From assembly GCA_002633005.1 (NCBI GenBank), contig NMRA01001092.1:1-57670 (forward strand): a DNA stretch of 57,670 bases, in the 5' to 3' direction. Of the stretch, positions 1-55,908 are shown piece after piece (position 1 is the stretch's first letter; each line of letters starts with the position of its first letter). Origin of the DNA: Phoronis australis. Taxonomy: Eukaryota; Animalia; Phoronida. Both the position numbers and the translations under genes were made by a program. The notes below the pieces were generated by a model. That model was not told the origin of the DNA and searched no databases. It saw nothing but the letters and a program-made list of their open reading frames with translations.

Positions 1-444
1 TGTGAAAGCGAAGTAAGTTGCTCCAGTGTATGTCGTTCTTGGGTTGGCTGTGTGTGGACGAAACTTTTTTGATTGCAGTGAATTTGTGAATTGGACGTAA
101 GTTTTAGCTATAATTATTTTCTGGATAAGCGATGGATAAATTCTCTGAATGAAATAATGAATAATAACATAAAGCCCCATACCTGTTACGTAACTCAAAA
201 TGGCTCAGATGGCTTCAGGTGAGAACTTGGGTATGGTTCAAAACTAAACTTTAGAGTAGTGTCTTGGAACCAGTTGATTATGCAAATGATCTGACGCTTA
301 CATTGTCTTATTTTTCTTCCATGCAGTCTCTTGCAAGCGCCGTCAAATGTCGACAGATATTACACCGTTGGGAAAGCTTTATATGTTTCCAAAGCGGTTT
401 GTTTTAAAAATCATGTGGTCACAGACAGTTGTTTCCATAGATAC

Positions 445-5684
<5,240 letters not shown>

Positions 5685-5689
5685 TAAGG

Positions 5690-5740
5690 TTGACTGGTGC
5701 TCATTACTTGGCATATTTTATGCAAATCAATAACCAATCA
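5690..5740 (-). promoter_or_regulatory. Putative amylase core promoter
   Basis: Minus-strand TATA-like CATAAAA (5722-5716) about 28 nt upstream of an Inr-like CCAGTC near 5697-5692; overlapping octamer ATGCAAAT (5720-5727) and a CCAAT just upstream. Motif matches only. Confidence 0.35.
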
Positions 5741-6976
5741 CGTTTAAGGTATAAGGAGGATGGCCCAATCAAATTTTCTGTTACGCTTAATGACTGTAAT
5801 AAGCTAAAAATACCGACGGAATATACCTGCCAGAATAACATGGCAATAGCCACGATGGGAACATGACAGTCGGGACGACTCGAAAGTCGTAATAAAAGTA
5901 CTTAAGTCTGGCGAAAGAGACCATAAATCCGGGAAATGCTTGGCTGTATACACCGACAGCAGATATGACAGCAACACAGAATAGTAAATTTCGTAACACT
6001 TTTTGAATATGCGATAATATTCAAACAGTGTTTTTTTGACACATGCTGCATGTAACGCCGCTGTAGTCTTGTGACGTGGTTTGTATCCCAAAACGGCGAT
6101 GTCCGGGCGGAGGCTCGGATGCAGAACAATCGAAGCGTCACGTTTATAATAATGCGAGGGACACTAATCGAGAAATTTCATCAAAACTTTCAAAACACAA
6201 CTCTGAACTGTACCTGAGGACATTCAATTAATGGTAACGTTCGTTGGCTGTTTTATTGTCCCTTAACTGCGAACGGGGGATTAAAACTGATTAGCAATAA
6301 TTGAACTTTTGCAACCGATTTCATAAAAGTGGTTTAACAAAACCAGGTTGAAGAATTATACCTGGTATTCCTAAACCTGGTCCAATTTTAGACCTAACTT
6401 GCATTTCGCCAACATGGTTTAAATGTCTGAGAACCTGGTTTTGTTAGACCATGGAGCGGATTTAGTTAAACTAGGTTTAAAGTATCCAAGCTGCCCTGCT
6501 GTGTTGATCCGGATTAACTCAACAAAGAAACTATTGAAGTGCTTCAAAGAAACTTTGATCACGTGGGTACACAATGACCAACAGCAGTAGAATCATGCAG
6601 ATATTTTCGAAAAAAGGCTAAAAGCTTTTCTCACGGGAAAATGCTCCCTGCCATAACTGATCAGAGAAAGAGCCAATGTAACAATCGAGAACAAGAAAAT
6701 TGGTGCCAATTCAAGTCAACGTAAGCAGCAAGCTTGGAGAAATATTGATCCAGAATAAAGGAAAGAAAAAAATCATCAGTGAAAAAATTGCAAAGAAAAA
6801 CGGCGATGGACCCAGTGGCAGTTCTAGGATATCATGAGGAGAATTTTTTCATTTTGTATTGTCTGTGTCTAACAAAAGTATGCACATTAAAGTACTTACT
6901 CTCAATTAACCTCAACATGGTAAATGCACACGTTTATTAAGGTGTCATTTTACTTTTTTGCTGCCAAACCGGGGCA

Positions 6977-7113
6977 CAGGGGCGGATCCAGGAGTTTGCG
7001 CTAGGGGGCCAAGATTTTGCCCGTCAGACATTCGCACCCCCGCAATGCCAATTGGAATCTGTGAGAATTTTAGGGGCGTTATGGCCCCTTGACCTACTCT
7101 ATATCCGCCACTC
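6977..7113. mobile_element. Short MITE nested in the Harbinger remnant
   Basis: Termini CAGGGGCGGATCCAG ... ATATCCGCCACTC are imperfect inverted repeats with internal GGGGCC/GGCCCC. Confidence 0.5.
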
Positions 7114-7710
7114 GGGCAGGATCCCTGTGTGGCAACCTTATATCGGGGACCAATTGCGTTGGAACTAGGTCGGCTTAATCATTAGATGCCTTTATAGTCA
7201 TACCCGTGGTGCTTGCGACGATGACGCTCTGTTTGAACCGTCATATTCTGAGAAAATACGAAGGACACCCTTCAGTACCGTTCAGTACCCTTCAGTCTAC
7301 GAATAGGCGGATTCAGGGTTCAAGGGCCCAGACCCCTTTTTCTATGAACTATATCTTGTCAAATTGTTGACCCAGGCCTTCCTTTTAAAAATCCTTGATC
7401 CGACGCCCCCCCCTCCCTTTAAGTATTCTTAGTCCCCCTTGTTACGTTTGATCTTGTGTCGTCCTTAAACTGAATAATGAAAATAGTCCGTATATGCTCA
7501 CCACAACATCATTCAGTTGCAGCTGTACAGTATAGTAGAAGTCTTCCATATTCAATAGTATTAAACTTGGGTCTGACCAAGTCTAAAGTTAAACCTGGTT
7601 GAAGATTTTAATACAGGTGTAAGTAATTTATCCCATACGCGTTGAATCTGTCGAGGGAAATGCGGCCATGTAATAAAGATTTCCGTATTCACCTCCCGCA
7701 CTACTTCAAC

Positions 7711-7843
7711 AGAGACCTATGACTTGGAAAGTTCAAAAGGTAGGTCAATGTCGACTCGAGGTCTTCAGCTGGTTCGATCATCAAACTTTCCGAATATACA
7801 TGTAGTTTAAAATAATACAGTTGCAGCAGTGTAACTAACACTC
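7711..7843 (+). repeat. Dispersed repeat, second copy at about 20432-20555
   Basis: Shared segments aaaaggtaggtcaatgtcgactc / aaaagtaagtcaatatcgactc and ggttcgatcatcaaactttcc / ggctcgatcatcgaacattcc. Confidence 0.6.
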
Positions 7844-9436
7844 GACATGCAACCAGGCCTTAAACGTAAAACCTGGAACAAAACTGTTAATTGTACGACA
7901 CTTATGTCTCAGTTTTAAATTGGTGACTACTATATCGTCTGCAACTCAGGCGCCGATTACTAGAAAACTGCAATATCAAATGTTCTTTTTAACTATTTCC
8001 AGGAGGTGTTACACGTTTACTGCACAGTTGCCGTTGTTTTCATCTTTGTTACCTCTTTTTAAGAAATAAATCGTTACTTTTAAAACTGTTTCTTTTACAA
8101 GAGAAAACTTGCAACCTAAGGCGCAAGTACGTGCATACGTATAGGATGAGATCCGCCATGTGAGCAGTCTGGGTCAAATATTTAAAAAAATCTGCTGAAA
8201 AATGTAAGAAACTTAGGAATTCGAAGCGTATTGGATGAATACAATTCGGTCTCGGTTGATGCGCGGAATAATGTCTCGTGGGATATTACTTCATGTACGC
8301 CACCCTCGGTACGTTTTGCGTATATATATATATATGCCTCGTTGGTGAAATAAAAACTGACTTAAACCAGGTAAATACTGGAGTTAAACAAGGCTTCACT
8401 AAACCACTGGTCTAACAGTTAAACCACCTTTACGAAATGCAGATTAACTATAAACCTGGTCTAACTCCAGTTTAAATCAGGTTTAACTTGAAACCATCTT
8501 TATCGACTGCTGATGTTGTTAACAAGACAAGTTGTTATATTGATAAATCATTGCTAATGCACAAAACTAAGCGAGGCGGTGTACATCTATGAACTATTGT
8601 TCTTGAAACTCAAAATAGGCATTGAAGTAAAAACGTGGATACACTTTTGTCGAGGAGATACTGCCCTAAATGGAAGTACCATGTCACCTGTAGACGAGTC
8701 ACACAACATTGTAACTAAGGTGCTTAGCGGGTCCTCAAATAGGAAGGAGATGATTTTCAATTTGTTATTGTTTAGAGTTTTTAAATGGCAAATACTGTAA
8801 AAAATACCAACGCAATTAGTTCCTGCACAGATTACAGTGGTGATGATCGTACATTTTGTTCATTTGGAATAAAAATATACTCTTATGCAGACTAACCTTC
8901 GGTCTTAGTTCGCCAGATTTCGGTCTAAGAATAAAACACTAGGCAAACAATACCAACTCCTGCACGTTACCTATGCGTACATTGTATGTATGCATTCAAT
9001 TGGTGGAGGTTGCGACTTCGATACACGGACTCAGTAACTGCGAGAGTTTGCACAGCGGATTTTCGGTTTGATGATTTACAAAGCTATAATCAAGTATCGC
9101 TTCTTTTTCATTTCGGCGCGAGTCTTGAGGTACATATAGTACGGTTCCAGGCACTCAGCGATTTTTCGACAAAACTAGTCAGCTTGGCGCAGAACTGCAC
9201 TGGTTATTTTTGATGCGCACTGACCCGTGTCCCTATTCATAGATATCTTTTACCTGCGGTTATAGTGCCACAACAAATCAAAGCACACAGGAGATTTGTA
9301 GTGGTTTACAGAAGGAAGAGACATTTGGTTTCCGAATGTTTGCTCTGCACTTGAAAAAACTTAGACCCTCCTAACAGATATATTAACCTCACTTTCGAAA
9401 AACTACTCGTGTATTTATTTGCGTACATGTAGCTGC

Positions 9437-9530
9437 TGTATGTGTGTGTGTGTGTGCGTGCTTACGCATTCCTCCTGTCAGTTANTGTGTGAGCGTGAGA
9501 GTGTACTTGAGCGCGTGTGCGTGTGTGCAT
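9437..9530. repeat. Imperfect (TG)n microsatellite
   Basis: tgtgtgtgtg runs, includes an ambiguous n. Confidence 0.85.
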
Positions 9531-9694
9531 ATCATGCTTGTTTATAGCATTATTGTTTTCTATTGTTTCAATGATAATTCGTTTGTTCAGAGTTTACTTG
9601 TTGCCCAGACGTTTTGATGGTTTAATTTCTGGGCAGAATTGTTATCTGTAGTACTCACCTTTCCCTCAAATAAAATGCATTAAATAAAGATTAA

Positions 9695-12600
9695 GAGACA
9701 GTCCATATAAAAACCAGTAGATTTTCAAAAATCAGTCTATACGTCAAAATTTAAAACAACTTCATTTTTTGTACATGGGTAGGTATCCTAACATAAACCC
9801 AAATGCCAAATTTTGTGCACTCAATGACCCCTAATTTCGCCGCTGGAGTATGATAACACAAATTGGCACAATTGGGCATATTGGCCGTTTCAAAAATCGC
9901 ATGTTTTCAGCAACAAAAATGAGTAACATACAAAATAGATCAAAAGCTATATTTGGTGGCTGAAATAACCAACGTATACTGTACATAATTCTGTGTGATT
10001 CATTAAAATCTGACAGTTTTGTGCTAGACAGGGCAGATAATCCTCAGCTGGGGGCTAATTTTAGTGGCCATTTTTGTGACATTCTTACTGCCATAAAACA
10101 CATTGTAGCCTTAAGTGACGTTTTGAACCTACAGTTAAAGAATTAGTCTTGATGTCTGATCAATAAAAAATCTTGCCTCAACTTTGCACCTTAGTGAAAA
10201 TTGTCTTGCAAAACTGTCTAATTTCTTAGTTTGGAAATGACGAGCAGAGTTTACAGACCATTTGAACAAACTTTTAGGCAAGAAGTCTGCTTTAAATAGT
10301 TATAGAAGCCAAGTCTAAACTCTTTCAAATGAAAACAAGATGTTTTCCGGGTTTATTACGCGGCTAGTGTGAAACCTGAACCCGATGAGCTTTGCCCTCT
10401 GAGGGAGTCTTTTGAGGCGCTTGAGGATATATAAAAAATGTACGTGTAACCCTCTTGTATTCTTTCATTTCTTTTACATTATCAGGTTAATTTAAACACT
10501 CTGTAGAAATTTTAAATGGAAATAAATACCTTTAAGATTAAACGAGTAAGAATTGATATTTGTAATGACTGGTTTTGAGAGAAGCGAGTGCACTTTAAAA
10601 AGACAAAATGACGAACGATGTCGATGGGCCTTCATGTTCCTTTAGAGTTTATTCTGCAAAAAATCCGATCACAAAAGCTTTGTGCTTTAGTGAGTTATGT
10701 CGAAGACACCACTGAACATTTGAGATACAGGAAACTACCTCACAAAACAAGGCCTGTGCCAGAGTACGCACTCGTACTACCCAGAGTCGGTGAATTTTTG
10801 ACTGAACAGGACCAGTCACGGAAGAGTCAGGTAAGCTGGATGTTACCACTCTGCTCCTCTCCTCATCAACGTAGCAGCCTTGTCAAATTCTACCGGCATT
10901 TCTGTTTCGAGATATGACTTTAGTGAAAGTCAGAATGGAAAGGATCTCTGAAATCGCAAGATCGCTCCACTCAAGCAACATGCAAAGTACTTTGTAGCCG
11001 AAGGTAACAATATCATAAAGTTTCTGGATTTAAAAGAAGCATTACTTTCCAAAGGCCTTGTGAAGGGATGTTATGTGTATGCATGTTCAGCCAATGCAAA
11101 AAAGTCTTTTAAAAATACTCAGTTCCTGGTATAAGCACATTCCCAAATTCCCACTATTCCACCCAAAGAATTCGCGTGTGGAAATCATTCCATGTAGGTG
11201 ACGGTAAGTTCCGTACAAATACTGAGAAAATGGGAAACCTATTTCTCTAAAATACACTAACAACTCTGGACATGGCGGATTTTCAACACCAAGAGTATCT
11301 AGTGTAGAGCCTCAACAAAGTTCCCTTGTACCCAGCAAGGTTACTCGATTTTTTTTTGCTACAGACGCAGAACTAGGTCAGCATTTGGATGTGGGTAACC
11401 ACACTGAACATTTACAGAGGGAAACCACGTATGACCACATCGCACGACAGTTGTCAGAATTGCTTTCAGATGCAAGAACCGGAGCGTCATTTGAGGCAGC
11501 CTCAAAGTACTATTTGGATGAGACGGATTCTGAAGCAATAGGTTAGGCATTGGAAAAAGGTAAAGTGTCAACAACATTTTCAGCAAAGGTTAAGAATTTT
11601 CTGACGAACATATTCTATGAAGGAGATAAGTCAGGTAAAAACGTTCACCCTCGGAAGTGCCATTACGAGAACCCACTGGTAAAGCGTTTACCTGTGTGAT
11701 GTTAAGTGAATCGCATATTGGTGGATTTTTTCGAGGTTGTCTGCAACAATGTTTATGACGATGCAATTTCTGCTGAAGATGCTGTTACTGTATGTCGTCA
11801 GATTTACTGAATGAAGTGGTAAATGAGCTCAACGTTTAGCCTAGTTTTGTAGCATACCAGTCAAAGATGTGTGATATATGAAGTCGAGACCGTTACTTCT
11901 GTTTACTTCATTTCTGTCATGAATGAGCCATTAATAAAATTGTCTCTCGTGAATTATTTTCTATTGACTGTGAATGTGTACCTTTTTATACCACTGATGA
12001 TCACACTGACAGAAATATTCAGCGTTAGGGTGCCCGGTGTGGGGGAACACCAGATTTCTGGTGACTGGTGGCGACTAAAATTTGTAGAAACCAGCAGGGA
12101 CATTACCATATGAACACAAAGTTACAATGACTATTGACAAGTTATATGATTTTTTGCACTGAACACTAGGGGGCCATATCCACCTTGGGTGCCTTTGCCT
12201 GTGGCACGAACAAGGCAGATAGAAAACAAGGCATGGGTGAGTTCAGTAAAACTAGAACCTCTCTAAAATTTATCCAAAACCACGTGTTCTCATTTAAAAT
12301 GCATGGCAATATCTCGCGAAGTCTTGAATTATAGCAAGGTCCTCGTGTTACTGCTCTTATTCTAGATGCGTCTTCAGTCTCAACGTAAACAAAAGCAGCG
12401 CCATCTATCATTTAGAACCACGCATGCCAGTTGATTTATGTTACATATTTTAGCAATAATCATCAATGCCGTTTTCAGATAATGGTAATAAATAATGCTG
12501 TCTGCCTTTTCTCCAAAATAAAAGGTTTTTATGTCGTGTTTCGCAAGCTAATTATATGTTCCAAGAGCCCCCTATTGGCAGCAGAGGCAACTGAGAACAT

Positions 12601-13137
12601 GCAAAAGGACGAGGTGCAGTTCGTGTAATGCTTCGTACGCAAAAACTACATTAGAGGCAAGATTTTTTATTTTAGATTATGAACAGGTTAGGAATGACTA
12701 AACAAATTATTATAAAGTCAATTTCAGGAAAGGTGCGTTATGGCTGCTACAGAGTGCCAAATTTGGCCGAAAATCGCTTCAGTGAAAACCTGGAAAATAG
12801 CCGTTTTTGCCTCACAAATTCAAAACGTACAAATTTAAAAATGGATTTTGAAAGTTATGCCATTAAATTATTCAGCCACTGCGTTTTCAATTCGTATTAT
12901 TCATTTGTTTTGACCTTACCATACTTGCTAGTAAAATGCATTCAAACATGCCTACTTCGACGCCCAATGTTGTTGCAAAATGGAGGAACAGGTCATAAAA
13001 AGAAAAATAATGAATGAAAATCCTTAAAAAGTGACGTTTTTCTACATCTCAACAAACCAAACTCATGTGCTAAGTTTCAAAAAAATCGGTGATTTTGGGT
13101 ATAGACCCTACCTGTTGGTTTTTATATGTAGTCACTC
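9695..13137 (+). mobile_element. Decayed Sola3-like DNA transposon
   Basis: TTAA TSD (9691-9694 and 13138-13141), GAG...CTC termini, TIR GAG..CATATAAAAACCA; broken transposase fragments HAKYFVAEGNNI, IRVWKSFHVGDGK, TFSAKVKNFLTNIFYEGDKSGKK, MLSESHIGGF. Confidence 0.78.
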
Positions 13138-16100
13138 TTAACTTGTAAAATAATGCAATCTATTTCTGGCTTGTTCCACTTTTATTTTTTTCCATCATCC
13201 TGTCACACCCTTAAATTACCCTGCCTTTTTACACACATAGACAATGACACATTAGACCCTGAATTAGCCCTGTTTTCCCGTTCGACTAAAAATTTAACAG
13301 GACGTTCCGTGGCTTTCGAGGCACTCGCACATTCCCTTTCGACTAAAAAACAGTCGGGTGATTTATTTTGTTACATTTCCTTTTCGACAAAATGTGCTTT
13401 CAGGACTTTTTCTGTTTTGCGGGATGCAATTCTCCCTTGCGATTTGCGATAGATCCTTTCCGGGTCTCCCGCTTTGTATGCAACATTATTCTTCAAATTC
13501 AAATGTTGTTAACTATAGAACATGTAATCAAAACTACATTGTCTCTTTGTTATGAATAATGGTACTTCCGGAGTGAGAATTTATAGTGAAATGTAAAATA
13601 ATAATGTGTTCCTGAGTGTCTCTTGTGCACGGTACCACACAATAATGTAATTAGATATTCACATTATACTTCAAAGCAAGCAATAGTTGTACCTGTACAG
13701 TAAAAAAAATACTATCACGGCAAAAAAGTCAAAGATAACAATTGCAATTTCACCAAACTTCGTTTGGTTTTATCTCAAAACATTCGACAGATGGCGCGTT
13801 GTGTTACGATGAGGATATGTAGTACCATAATCCATCGCTAGGAGTCTATCGTTGGAGTGACACAGCGAGAAATTTCAATCGTCTTCATATTGGAGGCAGT
13901 TTCTCTAATGGTAATCGCATCTTATCACGCGATTCTTAAAGATGCTTTGTCTCATTGAAACCGAAAATATTTAAATTGGTAGCAAGAGCACCTTTTGATG
14001 ACTTCCTGGAGAACTTTGTGTACAAGTACAACCAGGTTAAGAAGCAATTGGTAAATAAAATGCGGTATTAAAAGAAAAACATCACAACTGATATTCTCAA
14101 AAACAAATTTGAAGACAAGGAAAACCATAGTCATTCCAAATATTACACAATCGTAATTTGATAGTGAAATGAACATATAACAAAAACTGTGCCTTGCTTT
14201 TGTTTGGGAAGTAACCGTGACGTATGTCATACTCATTTACATAAAAATAGTCTTGCAAAACGAGACTTTCGCGAACAATTATGGCAAGTGGATCTCGTAT
14301 GGTTTCCGGCAGACCGAAGACCTGGGCTTGTTTGTATTCCATTTCCATATTCAGGGTTTAATGAGACATAGCATATTTAACATTAGTCTCTGGGACAGTA
14401 CAAAACCATCTTCCTAGACTGACCTAGAGGAGTTCATGGTGCGCCAATAATGCGCTTTTAAGTAGCACCCTAAACCACATGAACTTTTATTAACTAATTT
14501 CACTCGCCATTTTTCCTTTTAGTTACGATATTTTTGGACTCTGAAGTGAAGTCACATACGTAAAAAGAGACAAAAATGCGCCTAAAATGAATGTTCTTTC
14601 GGATAATTCTCGAAAATGAACGCAAAGTAGACACGCAGGTCGGTACAGACATTCCCGTTAAAGACAAACACATATCAAGGCTGTCCTGTGCATGTCGTAA
14701 ATGTACCGAAACAGTGGATTCAATCCCAAAATTCAACAGCCCTATTTTTTAAATTATATATCATTTAATACATAAAACACAAGATCACTGAACAGCAAAC
14801 GCAGACAGAACAGGACAGCATACATGTAGCTGGCATGAGAAATTACATAGCATATGAAAGTAAAATAAACTAAGTATATTGTAATAATCAGTACCTGCAT
14901 CTGAAATATTATGGAGAAGGACTCGTGAAATACTGTAATTTGATTAGTACTTTAAGACACATTTCTATGTAAGTGCAAAGCAATGAATTTACACCCATCA
15001 GAAATGCTTTCAGAAGCAACAAGAATTATACGATGTAATTTAATTAGACCTTTCTAAAATTCACCAAACAAATTAGTTTTGACAACGATTGCGATTAAGA
15101 TTGTCATTTAACAATCATCGTACGTTATCCATAACAGTGGAGCATTAAGGTAGACGTGTACGTACAAACAGTTTTCTATCCAAAATAAAGGAAAGAACTT
15201 CTATTGTCACTTTCAAAAACAACTTCAAGCTGCATACCACTACCCAAGACTTGCCGGTCCCATGGACATCATTCTAACTTCCTCGCAACCATGAAACTAT
15301 CCTATACAGATCCAGATGCGGAATATTCCTAAACAACGACAAATTAAGACATAGTTTTAATATTATTTCACCACTGTGTTCCTACTCCTGTTCCCTTTTC
15401 TTGTACAGTACACGGGGGGCATAGAGCACAGCTACATGTATTCCAGACACTCGAACAATACCCCGATATTTACAAAAACTATTCAGACTATTCTGAAATT
15501 GCTCAAATTTACAACATTTTTTTTTCTAAATCGATAAAAAGAGCTCGGTCCAAGGAAAATGAGATTTTTTTCAAAAAAGTACCAAAATTTCTTTTTAATA
15601 TGTAACTGTCATTCCTCCAAAGCACCCAAAGTTTAACTCTAGGGTCACCGACTCACTTCTGGAAGACAATAAATTCATACATTCCGGTGGGATACATGTA
15701 TGTTCAACATGCTCATTTCAAATGTTTGTTAATATTTATGTGAGAGCGGAATTATAATTATTTTGGCCCAAAATAGTGCAGTTTTGGTTCGCTGAAGTAC
15801 TATACATGTATTTTCATTATTTTAAAGCAGTTTAAAGAAATGGGATGGAAATTAAAACCTTTATAATGTTTACGTAGACACTGAACATCTCTATCACCAG
15901 ACAGTCTTTGTATTTTTAAAGGGTTTAGATTAACATCCACTGAAGCGTCGAAATTCGACAGTATTTGTCATTTTTTATTTGATTTTAAGCAGTTTTCGAG
16001 GTTCTCTGAGGGCCAGTTTGCGGGGTGGTCGTGATTTCAGATGATGTTTTCCATCAGTTCGCTGTTTGACCAAGGAAAATAAAAGGAACAATTTTGTTTT

Positions 16101-16193
16101 CTCTTATTTCCTACATGTAGCAATAACCAATGGAAAGAACACACCGTCAAGTATTTTACTGTCATAAACTACTGCCGTCCACAACTGTATCTC

Positions 16194-17017
16194 GTAATCC
16201 CCGTAAAGGGGTTTCCTGTCTTTTTACAGATATGCTTTTTAGGAAATGGAATCGGTTGACATCCATTTGTAGATGATTTGGCTAATGCTGGTGCACCAGG
16301 TGGCAGTTTCCAAATCTAGCTTTGGTGAAATTTCACGTTTCTATTCAGGAAACGTTGGCAATTTCATGTTTCCGAATGTTTCTGATTATAAAAAATGCTA
16401 TCTCTGAAAAATATTATATACATGCAAATGGGTATCAAACTTTCAGGGTAGCTTAGAGTTACATCGAGCAAGTTAAAGTTGAATTTGACAAGCATCATAA
16501 TATGAAACTTTATGGATATAGGACTTCAGTAAGCTTCACACATCATAATCCAAAAATGGAGCGTATTATATGTCTGTAAATCAATGATAATTCTTCACAT
16601 ATTTTTGAAAATAACAAGTTACACAACATGAACCAAAGGTAGAGATTGTAAAAAGCTTAAGAACATCACGTGTTCTATTTTGAAAACTTAACAAAACTTG
16701 AAGAAAATTGTGTTTTTCAAACCAAAAAACGATTTAAAATTATATATTTATACCTGCCTTATAATTATCTCTGTGGTTACTTGGTTGCTGGCAAAAGGCA
16801 AATGCGTCAGTAACCTGTGTCTATGTAACCTCTGACCCAAAGTCAGTTGTGAACGTTCAACTGGTGAAATGGAGTTTGGTCATGTCAGACAGCATTGCGG
16901 TCCCGGAAATGTTGATTCTCATTGATACTTTAAACCTGAAACCATTTTGAATGTAATGTAATATTTATTCACAAAATCTCCAAAGCGTCGCAATGCGGCT
17001 TGCTGACGAACTTTAGT
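16194..17017 (+). mobile_element. Possible non-autonomous Helitron/Helentron-associated (HINE-like) element
   Basis: 5' short hairpin aatccccgtaaaggggtt; 3' hairpin cgtcgcaa..ttgctgacg followed by ctttagt; no ORF. Confidence 0.4.
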
Positions 17018-17689
17018 GACCCCCACTTTCAACACAACAAAAAGAAACCAGATTTATCTCCCCTGTCACGTGATGGCTGCAACGAAATTATCTGTATCAA
17101 TTTGTACTGTACGTATGACTTCCTTATTTCCTTATGTGTTTTTTCACGTGGCACATGATCCACCTGTTTTGCATTTTATTCGTGAACCTTTGAAGACCAA
17201 CACATGAAGGTAAAAAATTAAATGGTCAATACGCGCAAAAGTGGTATTTTTGTATCAAAGACACGTCACTATCACATGCAAAAAGTTAAAGCTGAACCCG
17301 AAATATGAAGAGTTATGTTTGATTTCCCTTTTTTTCTCGAATAGGTCTTCAATCCGTACTGAAGCGAATGATTCGCAATGCACGAGTTGCATTTAACAAT
17401 GGGTGTTTTAATACTTCCTTGTACGGCGATTGAACTGCACATGAAACTGCGTCACAAATAAATTAGTAACGAGCTCCTTAAGCACCCTAAAGCTATGTTC
17501 TTGTTTTTAAAGCAAACCCAAACCACAAAGACATTTATCAATAGTCCAAATAGTAGACATACCTGTATGTCTTACTAAAGGTAAGTCTATCAAAACAACT
17601 GAATGGCAGTTGTCAAAAAACATGCATACTCTATTGTGTCAGTGTTGAATTTACCTTACCTTATCTCATAAAAAATGGCGCCTGCTGCG

Positions 17690-17870
17690 TTGGCTGCCGT
17701 GGGCATTTTATAGAAATGTTTTGGATACAGATGGCTTTTGCTCAAATGATGAGTTTGTTCTCGAGTGAAAGATTGCCAGTTGTTGATCCCCTGATCCACT
17801 TTTTGCACAGTCGTGCCTCCTCGTTATATACAGTGTACTTACTGCTTGCAAGCGGGAATTTTAAATTTGG
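17690..17870 (-). pseudogene. Possible decayed THAP-domain fragment from a DNA transposon
   Basis: Minus-strand KFP..RLCKKWI.. followed after a frameshift by HLYPKHF..PT..N, resembling the THAP FP/W/CxxHF pattern. Confidence 0.3.
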
Positions 17871-18576
17871 CTGGAGTCTCAGGTACCCTTCAGACGCTTT
17901 GGATTTGTAAAATCGAACTGGTTGATACTTATTTTTACTTGACTTCTGTAATCTGGAGAATTTTGGCAGTCTGAATAAAGTGGGTCTCATTTCGGAATTA
18001 TAACAGGCAAATGATGACTTTGGGGTGACAACTGCTGCTTCACTGTGTTTTTGTTTTTCGTTTCTTTAAGTAGCCAGATACAATTTCAGTAATCGTAAAA
18101 ATGGAAACTTGATTTTGGAAACAGTTTCAAAAGAGTTTGTGCAAGGCTGTTCTTATATGCAGGTAAAGCTACAGTAGTTTTCAAACCTGTTTAGTGCCAA
18201 GTATCGGAACAGTACTTTATTCTGTTAACCAATGGTAAGACTTGTGGCATAACAATTTTCCAATGCTGCCTTTCGTTGAAAAAGAGTGCATCCATTGAGT
18301 TGTAAATTTTGCAGGCACTGTGGAATTTGTGCCTTCATTCACCGATGGACCGATCGTGAGTTTCCGCATCATCCATAAACACAAAAAGTCCACCGGGTGA
18401 AACTGTACGATTTCACAATGTTTAGTTGCCTGAAAACGGAAACCGAATAAGGCTTTACATCTTCATGCGATATTTCATGACTATTACTCAGTGGGTTCCG
18501 GGTTTTTCATTTTAAAGGAAGAACACCGAAGCTACCAACTACTCGAGTAAACGCTTCAAAGTTAAATGGCCTTAGA

Positions 18577-18837
18577 CAGTAGTGTGCAAAGGTTTAGTGA
18601 AACCCTGGGCGTTTTTTTATTCATGTCTCCCTCTTTGTACTCAATTGCGTGGACCCTAATACAAAGAAAAGTGAAAATGAAGAAAATATGAAATAGAAAC
18701 TGTATTCAATTAATAACGATTCAGTCACTGTGACAATTTCAAACAGTTTAATCACATAGAGTTTGGATGCTTCCACCAGCGATGTGGATGCCCCTTGCCG
18801 TATCCCCGTCGACCCACCCTCCCTTGCACGCTACCTG
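18577..18837. mobile_element. Possible MITE upstream of the Mesh/SUSD2-like gene
   Basis: Imperfect inverted termini cagtagtgtgcaaagg / ccttgcacgctacctg. Confidence 0.35.
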
Positions 18838-19141
18838 TGCTAGCCAAAACTATACATGTACTTGTGAATTTGAAATTGACGCACGTGCGTGTTTTTGATG
18901 AAATGTTTTCTCGGCTGACTTGACAACGATTCTAGATCCAAAGCGTTTGATAATATTTTCAAACGATGACAGCTAAACTGCACAGCTTTAAATGGCTTTC
19001 TGTGATGCTAGTCAACACCAACTCGGTCATAAACGTTCCGAACACTTGTCATTCTCATACGTAGACTAAATCTCTAAGGGGAGATTTGCCGAAACAAAAA
19101 ATACCGATGTGCCTTGACTGACGCTCTACGGATATGGTTTA

Positions 19142-19156
19142 CCAATGGTGACGTCA
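19142..19156 (+). promoter_or_regulatory. CCAAT box plus full CRE (TGACGTCA) about 110 bp upstream of the Mesh/SUSD2-like ATG
   Basis: accaatggtgacgtca; CRE at 19149-19156. Confidence 0.4.
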
Positions 19157-19265
19157 TCCCAGGCCTACAAGGAAATACATGTACACGTACCTGCTTTGAT
19201 CGATCAAACAAATAATAACATCGTACACTTGCTGCAAAAAGACACTGAGAAGGAGGAAAATCGAC

Positions 19266-55908
<36,643 letters not shown>

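Larger units (their letters stand above)
6312..8511 (+). mobile_element. Decayed PIF/Harbinger-type DNA transposon
   Basis: Degenerate ~200-bp inverted termini rich in TGGTTTAA/TTAAACCA and AAACCTGG units; internal Myb/SANT-like fragment TIENKKIGANSSQRKQQAWRNI at about 6680-6746. Confidence 0.6.

Noticed and set aside
5787-5999. ORF MLRNLLFCVAVISAVGVYSQAF resembling a signal peptide for amylase
   Set aside because: Starts at GTG, not ATG, and lacks a convincing phase-1 donor; 5684-5633 gives an ATG, a gtaagt donor and the correct phase
13950-14420. Cluster of overlapping short ORFs, possible LINE 3' remnant
   Set aside because: No recognisable motif that I can support
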